Source: an uncultured delta proteobacterium (GTDB lineage Bacteria; Myxococcota; Kuafuiibacteriia; Kuafuiibacteriales; Kuafuiibacteriaceae). From it: a stretch of 64,000 nt of DNA. Where the stretch lies: positions 896,001-960,000 of the forward strand of contig CAWDML010000009.1 in assembly GCA_963803435.1 (NCBI GenBank), written 5' to 3'. Below the pieces are notes generated by a model, which had not been told where the DNA came from, searched no databases, and worked only from the letters and a program-made list of their open reading frames with translations. This document shows, piece by piece, positions 38,803-50,970 of the stretch; the stretch's first letter is position 1, and every line of letters starts with the position of its first letter. Made by a program: the position numbers and the translations under genes.

Positions 38803-39006
38803 ATGCAAACGCGGTGGCATCGATGCGAATACGACGCCGAGTATGAGGCGGCCGCGCATCCCGAGCGCTCCAATCCGGTCCCGGAGTGGGAGGTCGACGA
38901 GCTGGCCGACGGCTACGAGCCCAACCCGACCACCGGCTATGATCCGGCCCACGACTGGGAGATGCGCTTTCTAGCCCAGGGCTGGGCCGAGCTGCTGGCG
39001 ACCTGA
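38803..39006 (+). CDS. Small acidic hypothetical protein
   Basis: 67 aa ATG ORF with non-shadow composition (W/Y/E/D-rich), divergent from the sigma gene. Confidence 0.5.
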   Translation: MQTRWHRCEYDAEYEAAAHPERSNPVPEWEVDELADGYEPNPTTGYDPAHDWEMRFLAQGWAELLAT

Positions 39007-39038
39007 TTTCACCCCGGGACATCGGCTACCATCGGCCG

Positions 39039-39830
39039 GTGCCCGTGGGTCGCACCGACTCCGACCTCGACGACGTCTGGAGCGACGAGAGCGACGAGAT
39101 CGAGCCGGGCAACGAGCTCACCGAGTTCGAGTTCAATCCGCCCAGCGCCAAGAAGAAGGAGGAGGCGGCGCCCCTTGCCCGGCCCCCGCTGACCTCGGAC
39201 CTGGAGATGCCGGCGCTCGGTGCACCGCAGCCCCTGGAGCTCAAAGAGAACGACCCTCCCACCGATCCACCGACGGATCCGCCGACCGACCCGCCGTACC
39301 AGCCGCCGCCGTTCTATCCGCCGACGCCGGTGAAGGCGACGCTCCCGGTGGGAACGATGCTGGTCGGCGCCTCCCGGTCCGTGCTCCTGGAGGACACGCG
39401 AGAGGCCCGCCCGCCGGATCCGGAGGCGAAGGACTCGCGCACGATCGTCGCGGATGTCGAAGAAGCGGCCATCGCCCGGGTGGTCTCGCGCTCCGTCCTG
39501 ACCTCGTCGGGCCCGAACCTGATCGTTCCGCCGGTGCTCGCCCGCGACGACATCCGCAAGGTCTTGATGGGGCGCCCCGAGGACGCCACACCGACGCCCG
39601 CGCCGACGCCGCCGGTGATGGAGCCTGCGCTGGATCTCGACCTCGAGCCGAGCTCGCTGGAGCTCGCGTTCGACCCGCGCGCACGGTCGTCGGTGCGGGA
39701 TCCGAGCGCGTCTCAGCGATCGATGGTGATGCGGCGGCGCCCGCAGCCGCTCCCGGTCCGGTGGATCGTGATCAGCCTGCTGGCCGTCGTGATCATCGCG
39801 TTCGTGATCCGCCTCGTCATCTCGAGATGA
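39039..39830 (+). CDS. Pro/acidic disordered protein with C-terminal TM anchor
   Basis: DPPT x3 repeats; C-terminal WIVISLLAVVIIAFVIRLVI. Confidence 0.65.
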   Translation: MPVGRTDSDLDDVWSDESDEIEPGNELTEFEFNPPSAKKKEEAAPLARPPLTSDLEMPALGAPQPLELKENDPPTDPPTDPPTDPPYQPPPFYPPTPVKATLPVGTMLVGASRSVLLEDTREARPPDPEAKDSRTIVADVEEAAIARVVSRSVLTSSGPNLIVPPVLARDDIRKVLMGRPEDATPTPAPTPPVMEPALDLDLEPSSLELAFDPRARSSVRDPSASQRSMVMRRRPQPLPVRWIVISLLAVVIIAFVIRLVISR

Positions 39831-39867
39831 GCGCGCCCGCGCGTCCGCGAGCAAGTCGAAGTCGCGT

Positions 39868-41103
39868 TCAACGTTCACCGCGCAGATCGAGGCGCCGCAC
39901 GGTGGTGTGTCCCGGGAGGTGCTGCGGATCGAGTCGTGCGTTCGGGAGCGCCCTCGCGATCCGGTCCGCGGCGCTCGGACTGAGGTGGTTCCACCGGAGG
40001 TCTAGGCGGTCGAGGTGGGCGAACGAGGCCGCGTCGCGAAGCAGGCGCTGGCCGGACGCGTCGTCGGCGTGGCAGCGCGAGAGGTCCAGCGTCTCGAGGC
40101 GTGGGAGCAAGCCGGACGCGAGCAGGACCTCGAGGAGCGCCTCGGGCGCGCGTGCGAAGGGGAGGCGGAGGTGCCTGAGCACCGGCAGTCGCTCTGGGGT
40201 GAGGAGCGGGACCAGCTCGACGGGCTCGATCGGCTCCTCGGGACCGAGCCAGAGCTCGAGCCGCTCGAGGCGGGGGGCGGGAGCCGTCGCCAGCTGCTCG
40301 GGCGCGTCCCCCCCGAGGGCCCGCGATTGAACGATCAGCGACATCAGCGCCGGCGGGAGTGGCCCGAGTCGGATCTCGGAGCCGTTGAGCGCGACCACAC
40401 GAAGATGGCGCTGCGCCGTGAGGATCGCACCCGCATCGCCGATCCGGCAGTGCAGCAGCTCGTCGTTGGTGTCGAGTGTCAGGGTCGTGAGCAGCGAGGG
40501 CGTGCGGAGCGCGGCGACCACCGGCTCGAAGCCCTCGTAGCGGCCCCAGTCGGTCGCCGCGTCCACCGAGAGCGCGCGCAGTCGGCTCCCCGACGGGTGC
40601 GCGAGCAGTGTCTCGACGATCGCCCCCGACTCGAGGACGGCCGGCTCGACGACGCGCGCCCGTACGATGAAGCCGAGATGCCAGTCGAGCTCGAGGATCC
40701 CGCGCTCGACGAAGTCGGCCAGCGGACCGAGGAGCGACGGCCGGTGTCGCTCTAACAGCTCCGCTTCGGTGAGGACCTGCTGTCCGCTCTCGAGCAAGCT
40801 GGCTTGCAGCATGATCAGCTCACCGCGCGGATCGTCCGCCGCCTGGAGCTGGTCGCCGAGGACCAGGTAGTCGTCGAGCTTTTCATCGGCCTCGAGCGGC
40901 GGGAGCGGGAGCACGCGGCGCTCGAGGCGTGTCGCCAGCGCGTCGACCGCGCGCGGATCGTCGAAGTCGAGCTCGAGGAGCGCCAGATGGTCGTCCGGAT
41001 CGAGGGCCGACTCCACGGCCTCGAGGTGCGCGTAGAGCCAGTCCCTGAAAGCGGAGGGACCGTCCAGCCCGAGCAGGAATCGCTGCAGCTCCGGCGGCGC
41101 CAC
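39868..41103 (-). CDS. TIGR02996-like domain plus leucine-rich-repeat protein
   Basis: YLVLGDQLQAADDPRGELIMLQ, WHLGFI, LRRs (LRHLRLP, LETLDLSRC, LDRLDLRWNHLS). Start uncertain (41103-41166). Confidence 0.8.
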   Translation of the reverse strand: MAPPELQRFLLGLDGPSAFRDWLYAHLEAVESALDPDDHLALLELDFDDPRAVDALATRLERRVLPLPPLEADEKLDDYLVLGDQLQAADDPRGELIMLQASLLESGQQVLTEAELLERHRPSLLGPLADFVERGILELDWHLGFIVRARVVEPAVLESGAIVETLLAHPSGSRLRALSVDAATDWGRYEGFEPVVAALRTPSLLTTLTLDTNDELLHCRIGDAGAILTAQRHLRVVALNGSEIRLGPLPPALMSLIVQSRALGGDAPEQLATAPAPRLERLELWLGPEEPIEPVELVPLLTPERLPVLRHLRLPFARAPEALLEVLLASGLLPRLETLDLSRCHADDASGQRLLRDAASFAHLDRLDLRWNHLSPSAADRIARALPNARLDPQHLPGHTTVRRLDLRGER

Positions 41104-41255
41104 GTGCGCAGTGTGGACGAAGGTGGCCCGGAAGAAGAAGTGACGCCTTGGGACAACTTGGGCCACGCGTTCCCCGCGTGCGCCGACGGTCGAGCGCCGC
41201 GCGAGCCTTCGATGCGTGGTCCGGATCGTGGAGTGCAGGGCCTCCGAGGGACCCG

Positions 41256-42826
41256 ATGGACGCCGTCATCCGCGCTGCACACCCGCTCGCACCGATCCTC
41301 AACTCGGCCTTCGACCATGCGCTCTCCTACAGCGATCTGAGCGCCATCCTCGCCCCGCAGACCGTGGCCCTCGAAGGCCGCCCCGCGCCCACCGCCGCCT
41401 TCGACGTGCTCGAGCGCCAGATCGAGGCCGCGCGCGATCCGAAGGTCGGCCGGGAGCGGATGCTCGCGCTCGCGCACCGCCACCTCGAGCGCGGTGACCG
41501 CCGGGAGGGGGAGCGAAACCTCCGCCGCGTCCTCGCCACCGATCCGGGCCACCCCGGGGCGCTCGACGCCTACCTCCCCCTGCTCCTGGAGACGGCGCGC
41601 TTCGAGGAGGCGGCCGACCTGCTCGATCGTGCGATCGCGCGGTGTCCGCGTTCCGACCGCCCTGACCGCATGGTGCAGCTCGCGACCATCGCCTACGAGG
41701 ATCTCGGTCAGGTCGATCGGGCGATCTCCGCGCTGCGCGCCGCCTACGAGTACGATCCGGTCCGCATCGACGTGCTGGCCCGCGCCCGCGTCATCCTGAT
41801 CGAGACGGAGCGATGGATCGACGTCAAGCACGTGCTCGACGTGGAAACCGCACACGTGCTGGCCTGGGGCGGCGATCGCGACGACGCCGCGCTCCACGCC
41901 CTGGCGGAGTCGTACCGGATGCTCGGAGACCGCGTGTACTCGAGCGGCCTCCGGCCCCGCCTGGCCGAGGACTGCTTCCGGCGCGCCAGCCTGCTCGGCG
42001 ACCGGACGGCGGATGAGAAGTACCAGCTGGTGCTCCGGTTGGGCGCGAAGTGGTCGAGCGTGGCCTCGGTGTGCCGGCGCCAGGCGTTCGACCTGCGCGA
42101 TCGACGCCGCGCGGCGCTCCTCCATCTGCGCGCGGCCGGGCTGCACCTCGACTATGCCCGCGACTTTGCCAGCGCCGAGGTCGGCTTCGATCGCAGCTGG
42201 CTCCTCGACCGCGGCAATCGCGCGGCGCTGGAGCTGATCGAGCGCGTCTATCTCGAGCAGCAGCGCACCGGCGACCTCCTGGCGAAGCTCGAGTCCCTGC
42301 TCGCCGCCACCCGGGATCCGGCCCTCCGGCTCGAGATCCTGGTGCGCGCCGCCCGGGTCGCGCCCGATCCGCTGCCCTGGTACCGCCGCGTGCTGGAGCT
42401 GGCGCCCGAGCACGAGGAGGCGCTGCGCTCGCTGGATCGGATCCTGGACGATCGGCGCTGGGATCGGGCCCGGGCCGAGCTCCTCGCCCGCCGGCTCGAG
42501 CCCGCGGGCGACCGGGCGATCCGACTCCGCCTTGCGCTGGGGCGGCTCCTCGCGGAGCGGCTCGGTGACTATCCCGGGGCGATCGTGCACCTCGAAGCCG
42601 TCCTGGCCCTCGATCCGGTCAGCTTCGAGGCCGCCTCCATGCTCCGGGCGATCTACCTCGACACGGGCGATGTGGAGGGTCTCGCCCGCGTCGTAGGCGT
42701 CCTGCTCCCGTATTGTCCCGATCGGAGAAGCCGTCTCGAGCTGCTGGAATCGCCCAAAAGGCGCCGATCCCTCCCCTGGAGAGGCCGACGTCGGCCCTGC
42801 GCGAGTTGTACGCCGTCGCGACGTAG
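41256..42826 (+). CDS. Tetratricopeptide-repeat protein (C-terminal frameshift near 42749)
   Basis: Repeated TPR-like units (RRVLATDPGHPGA, YRRVLELAPEHEEA, LEAVLALDPVSFEA); alternate frame ends LERPTSALRELYAVAT*. Confidence 0.78.
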
Positions 42827-42843
42827 CGATAACCTGGCGACGG

Positions 42844-44230
<1,387 letters not shown>

Positions 44231-44244
<14 letters not shown>

Positions 44245-45925
44245 CCGAGCACGAGCCGTGGAGCGCAGGGGAGCCATTCCCGAGAAGATCGGTCGCTACA
44301 CGATCCTGTGCGAGCTCGGAGTCGGCGGCATGGCGACCGTTTACCTGGGACGATCGCGCGGCCTCGGCGACTTCGAGCGGCTGTTCGCGATCAAGATGAT
44401 CCACGAGAACCTGTGCGAGTCGCCGGAGTTCGTGAGCCTTTTCCTCAACGAGGCCAGGATCGCGGCGCGCATCCATCACCCGCACGTCGTCCCGGTCTAC
44501 GACATCGACATCGAGGACGGCCGCTACTACCTGAGCATGGACTACGTCAGCGGCGAGACGCTGCAGCTGGCGCTCCAGGCCACCTGGAACAACGACGTGG
44601 CCTTCCCGCTCGATGTGGCCGCCCACGTGGTCGCCTGCGCCTGCGAGGGCATTCACGCCGCGCACGAGCTGGAGGACGCCGACGGCGACTCCCTCGGCGT
44701 GGTTCATCGCGACGTGACACCGCAGAACATCATCCTCGGCTACGACGGCATCGTGCGGGTGATGGACTTCGGGATCGCGAAGGCGCTCGATCAGGTGTCC
44801 CTGACGCAGCCCGGGACGCTGCGCGGATCGGTGCCGTACATGGCGCCCGAGCAGGTCAATCATCAGCCGATCGATCGCCGCGCCGACGTGTTCGCGCTCG
44901 GTGTGGTCCTCTGGGAGATCACGGTCGGCAAGCGGTTGTTCGCGCACCACACGGCGATCGGGACGATCGCGCGGATCGTCGGGATGGAGATCCCGCGTCC
45001 CTCGACCGAGCGGGCCGGGTACCCGGATGTCCTCGAGCAGATCGTGATGAAGAGCCTCGAGCGCGATCCGGAGCGCCGCTACCAGACGGCCGAGGACATG
45101 GGCGAGGCCCTGCGGCGCTTCCTGGTGGCGAGCGGGATCTGCACCACCTCCACCACCATCCGCGGCTTCGTGGAGGATCGGTTCGGCGAGCGGCAGCGCG
45201 AGCGGCGCACGATGGAGCGGAGCGCGAGTAGCGTGCGCGCGGCGGGCGAGGTTTCGAGCATGCCGCTCGTCCGTGTGCCCAGCGATCTTCTCAGCTCCGT
45301 CCAGCCGCCTGCGGAGCCGATCGACGACCCGGCGATCGCGCGGCGGATCCGCGAGGTCAACGCGGTGCCCACGGTGATCCTCTCCAACGAGTTCGAGACC
45401 CAGCCGGCGACGGAGGTGACCCAGCTGCCGCGACCGAAGTCCGTGGCCCCGCAGCGCCCGCGCACGCTCAGCCGAAGTGCGTGGCGGATCTGGTCCGCGC
45501 TGGCCGGCGTGCTCCTCGCCGTGATCCTGCTGGCCGCCGGTGCCACGATCTGGCCCGACTCTCCGACGAGCTCGAGCGGAGATCCGGGCGACGAGGTCGA
45601 CGTCCAGGAGGAGGCTGAGGACGACGCGTCGCTGCAGAGCGGCTCGGTCAGCATCACTGACATGGCGGGCGACGGCGGCAAGAAGGGCACGGTCGCGATC
45701 TACTTTCGCGTCATCCCGCCCTCCGCGAAGATCACCGTGAACGGCGAGCCCACCGAGTCGGACCTGGTGGTGCCGCGATCGCGATCGCGCTACACGATCC
45801 AGTTCTCGGAGCAGGGCTATCAACCGCAGGTGGTGACGGTGTCGGCGGAGGGCTCGCGCCTCATCGAGGCGAGCCTGAAGGCGATTCCGAAGGTGAAGAG
45901 GAGAGGGCGGAGACGGAAGCGTTAG
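44231..45925 (+). CDS. Membrane-anchored Ser/Thr protein kinase with PEGA-like C-terminus
   Basis: LGVGGMATVY, AIK, HRDVTPQN, DFGIAK, YMAPEQ, DVFALG; TM at WSALAGVLLAVILLAAG. Confidence 0.95.
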
Positions 45926-46521
45926 CCGAGGCGGAGGCGCTTCCTTCGCGGCGGCCCGGGACCGGACTTCGTGATCTGCGCGCGCAGCATCCGCGTGCGG
46001 TCGACCGACACGCGGGCGCGCGGTGCGTGCGCGCGGCTCCAGACGACCGGGCGGGAGGGTCGTACGCGAGGCCGCTGCGTCTTGGTCATGCGGGTGAGCG
46101 GCGCCGGCGCCTCCATCTGGAGCACGAGCGGCTCCGGTGCGCGCCGATCGACGGGCTCGGGCGCCGCCTCGAAGAGCGAGGCGAGATAGGCGCAGAAGGT
46201 CACCCAGAGCTGCGTCAACAGGCTCGGTCCAGCGATCGGACGGGGCGGAAACATGACCGCCCATCGCGCCGTGGACGCCGTGCACGACTGGAGCGGCGGG
46301 AGCTCGACGCGGGGACGGATCCCCGGCTCATCGAGACGCCACGGATCCGATTCGGCGCGACCGCCGCGGATCCGTTCCAGCCATTCGGTGCGTTCTTCGA
46401 CCGAGAGCTGGTACCAGCCTGCGGGGACGACCGACGTCGATCCACAGGTCGTGCACTTGCCGTGGTTGAGCTCGGGCGTCACGCCATCACAGTTGCCGCA
46501 GTGATAGGAGAGGCCGAACAT
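45922..46521 (-). CDS. Hypothetical protein with N-terminal zinc ribbon
   Basis: ATG 46521: MFGLSYHCGNC...KCTTCGS (two CxxC); basic C-terminus. Confidence 0.55.
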   Translation of the reverse strand: MFGLSYHCGNCDGVTPELNHGKCTTCGSTSVVPAGWYQLSVEERTEWLERIRGGRAESDPWRLDEPGIRPRVELPPLQSCTASTARWAVMFPPRPIAGPSLLTQLWVTFCAYLASLFEAAPEPVDRRAPEPLVLQMEAPAPLTRMTKTQRPRVRPSRPVVWSRAHAPRARVSVDRTRMLRAQITKSGPGPPRRKRLRLG

Positions 46522-46723
46522 CTGACGGGTCACATCGCAAAGAGGAGACCAACGCGTGACGGCTGCGCGGTCCGCGCAGAAAGTGGGGCGGCTGGCCCAC
46601 CGTGGGTCAAGTCGGCCCAGACGCCCCCAAACCGGGCGCAGGCTGGGTTTCGTGCGCGAGCGCACCTCCTGCGACCCGGGGCCCTGGCGGGCGGGCCGCG
46701 CGTCCCGGTGTAGAGTCTTTCGC

Positions 46724-47209
46724 GTGTTTTCTGCGCGCGCGCTGGCTCCCATTCTCCTGACCCTCTTCCTCCTCGTGCCCTCGGCGGCCCACGCCGGGCA
46801 CGGCCACCCCACCACGCCGATCTCGTTTCAGTCGGCGAGCTGCTTCAACGTCGACCTGTCCCAGTACCCGCGGATCACCTATTCGGGTCCCGACCAGCTC
46901 GACGTCGATCCGTTCGGCCCCTCGACCCTGCACTGGTTCATCACCGTGGACCTGACCGCGACAGGCCTCCGGTTCGTCCGCGGTGCCTTCGTCTTCCAGA
47001 TCCAGCACACGCTGCTCTTCGGTGTGTACACCGGCTTCTCGGCCGACGTGGTCACGGGCGACTACGTCCTCGACTGGCGGTTCCTCGGCGGCACGCGCGG
47101 GCTGAGCCGCGCGTCCGGCACCGGGCAGACCCACGGCGTCGTGGACCTCGCCAGCTTCTGCGCCGAGTACGCGTTCGCCGGGACGCTCACCGGCGTATCG
47201 CATCACTGA
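46724..47209 (+). CDS. Secreted hypothetical beta-rich protein
   Basis: Signal peptide ending AHA; FLGGTRGLSRASGTG resembles the GGTG motif of dirigent/AOC-like barrels. Confidence 0.6.
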   Translation: MFSARALAPILLTLFLLVPSAAHAGHGHPTTPISFQSASCFNVDLSQYPRITYSGPDQLDVDPFGPSTLHWFITVDLTATGLRFVRGAFVFQIQHTLLFGVYTGFSADVVTGDYVLDWRFLGGTRGLSRASGTGQTHGVVDLASFCAEYAFAGTLTGVSHH

Positions 47210-47310
47210 GGACGCCGCGCGGACACTCGCGGACGTCCGACCGTCCGGGGGTGATCGGTCATACGCGGACGGGGGCGCGTGGCCTGCGGCTTGCCATCGA
47301 GCAGGCCGCC

Positions 47311-49660
47311 ATGAACACCACCCTCCCGCTCCGCTTCGTCCCTCTGTTCCTCGCCTGCATCACCGGCTGCGCAGAGTGCGCGCCCGGCCGCGTCGGACAA
47401 GGTGCCGCGCGCCTGAGCGTCTTGACCGCCACCGCGGTGGTCCGGCTGGTCGAAGCGGACGACCGCTGCGGCTTCCAGAGCGAGTCCGTGCGGGCCGCGC
47501 CCGAGATCACCGGCGCGCCCGGCGAGGTCGGCACGGTGCGCTACCGGATCGAGCGCTGTCAGATCGTTCGCGATACGCCCGACGTCGACACCACCTGCAG
47601 CGGCGAAGAGACCACGGTCTCAGGGATGGTCGAGGTGACCGCCACCAAGACGGTCCGCGGGCTCCTCACCGGCGACGCGGCGAACCCGGTCCTGCCGGCG
47701 GACGACACGGCGGCGGAGTTCGCGGTGGAGCGCGCGTCGTTCGACCGCTTTCGCGTGGTGAAGGAGGGCGCGCCCGGTCATCTCGAGGTCTTCTCCGGCG
47801 AGCTCGCCTTCAACGCGAGGCCGCGTCTCGGCTCTGATACCAACGGCGTCTGCACCGTCGCCACCCCGAACGTCGCGGTCACGGACATCGAGTGGTCGGG
47901 CGCCGAGGGAAGGATCACGACGCCCGGCCGGAGCTTCGTGGTCGAGCTGCCCACATCGAGGTTCGAGGCGGCGATCGGAGATCTCGGCGACGGTCGTGAG
48001 AATTCGATCAGGGGCACGATCACCGTCTGGGACAGCGAGGTGACGATCGAGGGGCCGCTCGACGATGGTTACGATCGCGCGGACTGGATCGAGGGATGGA
48101 GCTGCGATCCCGAGCTCGCGCAGCCGGCCGGCTTCGCCTGTGCGCCGCCGCGGGCCCAGATCGCCGAGGGGAGCGCGCGCCTGACGATCAAGCTGCTGGG
48201 TGCGCTCACCTCCTTGATCAACGACGACGCGCGCTGCGGCTTCGCCTCGGGTCTGACGCCGCAGATCACCGGTGCCCCCGGGCGCGACGGTGGCAGCGGC
48301 CGCTACCAGGTGCGGGACTGCGTGCTCGACTTTCCCGAGCCGACGATCGTGTCGACCGACTGCCAGGGGAACCGGACGATGGTCCAGGGCCGCGCGCTGG
48401 TCAGCGCCGTGAGGACGGTCTCCGGCTGGGTGAGCGGCGATGCAAACGATCCGATCCTCCCCACCTCGCCCACGGCGGTGCGCGTGGAGCTGCAGGCGGA
48501 CCTCGAGGGGCTGTCCGTCTTCGACGCCCCGGACGGCCCCCGCATCGAGGTGGAGCGCGGGCGGATCACGGGCGTGGCGCGGCCGAGGCTGGCGATCGAC
48601 CGCGGCTCGGGCGCGTGCAGCATCCCGACGCCGGTCGTGTCGTTCTCGCAGATCCAGTGGTCCTCGGCGGTGGCGGTGCTGCACTCGGGCGCGCTCTCGG
48701 TGAGCGTGCCGATCAGCGACTCGCTCCTGGAAGCCGACAGCGGACCCGCCAACCGCCTCGGCGGAACGATCACCGCCTTCGGCGAGGCGTTCTCCCTCTC
48801 GGGCGATCTGGACCCGGAGTTCGATCCCGCGGCGTTCGCCGCCAGCTATCAGTCCTGCGATCCGGACCTGATCGTCGCCGAGCGCGACCAGGACTGCGCG
48901 CTCGAGTCGACGCTCGCGCTCGGTGCCGCCCGCGTGCTGGTGCTGACGACCGGCGCGCTGGTGGGCGCGACCAACGACAACGAGACCTGCGGCTTCAGCG
49001 ATCCCGACCTCGAGCCCGAAGTGAACGGCGTGCCGCTCGGGACCGGGACCCTGACGCTCACCGCACAGGATTGCCAGGTGGCGCCGACCGCCGACAGCGA
49101 CTGCATCGGCGATCGGACCGAGCTCGGCGGATTCGATCGAGGTCGACGCACGGCGCACCGTCGAGGGCATCCGGGTGGGCGTGCCGGTCATCCTGCCGCT
49201 CGACCTCGTCATCCCCACGCGGCCCGACGCGGTCGAGATCGAGCTCTCTCGCGTCGAGCTCGCCGGCGCCACCGTGAGCGCCCCCGGCGTCTTCGCGTCG
49301 TTCGATCACGGCGTGCTCTCGGGGCTGGTCCACCCGGTGCTGGCGCGCGACGACGGCCTGCTCGGCGCTTACCGAGTGGCCACGCCCGTCGCCTGGTTCG
49401 AGCGCCTGGCGGCCCGCGACGTCCCTCTCGCGATCGTCCGCGACGGCCGGACGATCCAGATCGCGCTCGACAGCGCCGAGCTGGAGGCGTTCAACGGCTC
49501 CTTCGACGGTCGCTCGAACTTCGTCCGCGGCACGGTGGTGCTCGGCGGGGTCACGGTCGAGATCGAGCCGACGGCGCTCGATCCGGACTTCGATCAGGCC
49601 ACCTTCGACGCGAGCTATGCGTGCACCGAGTCGCTCGGCTCGCCGGTTCCATCCGAGTGA
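47311..49660 (+). CDS. Cys-containing exported protein with three ~260 aa repeats (apparent frameshift near 49132)
   Basis: Lipobox-like ITGC; three units starting G(A/S)AR(L/V)...CGF and ending LD..(Y/F)D.......C; continues in ORF 49175..49660. Confidence 0.75.
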
Positions 49661-49677
49661 AGTAGGATCTTCTTTCG

Positions 49678-50970
49678 TTGGCCGACGAGACGCTGACCGC
49701 GCCGCCATTCGAGCGTGCTTTGCCGCGGGGCCCGCGCGTGCGACGTCTGACCGTGGTCCATCCACCCGAGGTGCGACAGTCGGTCTTCCTGCGCGGCGGC
49801 CGCATGGTGATCGGTCGAAAGCTCGGCTTCGACGCCCCGCCCATCGACGACCCGCGGCTCAGCCGGGAGCACTGCGCGATCGAGCCCGTGCAAGGGCACG
49901 ACGTGCTCGCGATCCAGGATCTGGGCTCGAAGAACGGCACCTTTCTCGAGGGCCGGCGGATCGAGCGGGAGTACCTGGAGCCGGGCGCGGTCCTGCGCAT
50001 GGGCGAGACGCTGCTGGTGTACTCGGAGGCACCCGATCCGCGCGACGACACGCGCACGCTCGCAGTGCCCCCGACCGAGTCCCTGGCGCTGGCGCTCCTC
50101 CACGTGCTCGCGGACTCGGTGGCGGCCAAGCCGTTGCCGGTGCTGCTCACTGGACCGACCGGTGCTGGCAAGGAGGTCCTGGCGCGACGACTCCACGAGA
50201 GCAGCGGCCGGCGCGGCCCGCTGGTCGCGGTGAACTGCGCCGCCTTCCCGCGCGAGCTGTTGGCCGGTGAGCTGTTCGGCCACGTCGCGGGCGCGTTCTC
50301 GGGAGCGCACGGCGATCGCGCAGGTCTGTTCGCGAGCGCCCACGGCGGCACGCTCTTTCTGGACGAGATCGGCGATCTCCCGCTCGAGCAGCAGCCGGCG
50401 CTGCTGCGCGCGCTCCAGGAGCGGCGCGTGCGGCCGCTGGGATCGGACGCGGAGATCGAGGTCGACGCGCGCGTCGTCTCCGCGACCAATCTCGACCTCG
50501 AGTCGCTCGCAGAGCGCGGGCAGTTCCGCGCGGACCTGATCGCGCGGCTCGCGCCGATCCGGCTGGTGTTGCCCGGTCTCTCCGAGCGGAAGGAGGAGAT
50601 CCTCTCCCTGTGGACGGCGAGCATCGGTGGCCGAGGGCTCACACTCGACGCGGCCGAGGCGCTGCTTCGCTACGCGTGGCCCCGCAACGTGCGCGAGCTC
50701 CAGAGCGCAGCAGAGGAGGCGCGCTTGCTGGCCGGTGAAGGCACCACGCCGATCGATCGCCTCCACCTCCCGGAGCGCGTACGCGCGTTTGATCCGTCGG
50801 TCGGTGCGGTGGCGAACGGGCCGCCGGACCGGGACGTTCTCATCGAGGTCCTGACCGAGCATCGTGGAAATGTCGCCGAGGTCGCCCGCGTCCTCGGACA
50901 GACCCGCCAGACGGTCTACCGATGGATGTCCATCTACCGAATCACCGCCGCACAGTTCCGACAGCGCTGA
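49678..50970 (+). CDS. FHA-domain sigma54-dependent enhancer-binding protein
   Basis: FHA (IGR...SREH...DLGSKNGT), GPTGAGKE, ELFGHVAGAFSGA, LDEIG, WPRNVREL, HTH. Confidence 0.93.
   Translation: MADETLTAPPFERALPRGPRVRRLTVVHPPEVRQSVFLRGGRMVIGRKLGFDAPPIDDPRLSREHCAIEPVQGHDVLAIQDLGSKNGTFLEGRRIEREYLEPGAVLRMGETLLVYSEAPDPRDDTRTLAVPPTESLALALLHVLADSVAAKPLPVLLTGPTGAGKEVLARRLHESSGRRGPLVAVNCAAFPRELLAGELFGHVAGAFSGAHGDRAGLFASAHGGTLFLDEIGDLPLEQQPALLRALQERRVRPLGSDAEIEVDARVVSATNLDLESLAERGQFRADLIARLAPIRLVLPGLSERKEEILSLWTASIGGRGLTLDAAEALLRYAWPRNVRELQSAAEEARLLAGEGTTPIDRLHLPERVRAFDPSVGAVANGPPDRDVLIEVLTEHRGNVAEVARVLGQTRQTVYRWMSIYRITAAQFRQR

Noticed and set aside
39250-39300. 12 bp tandem repeats
   Set aside because: They encode DPPT peptide repeats with synonymous variation; an ordinary disordered linker.
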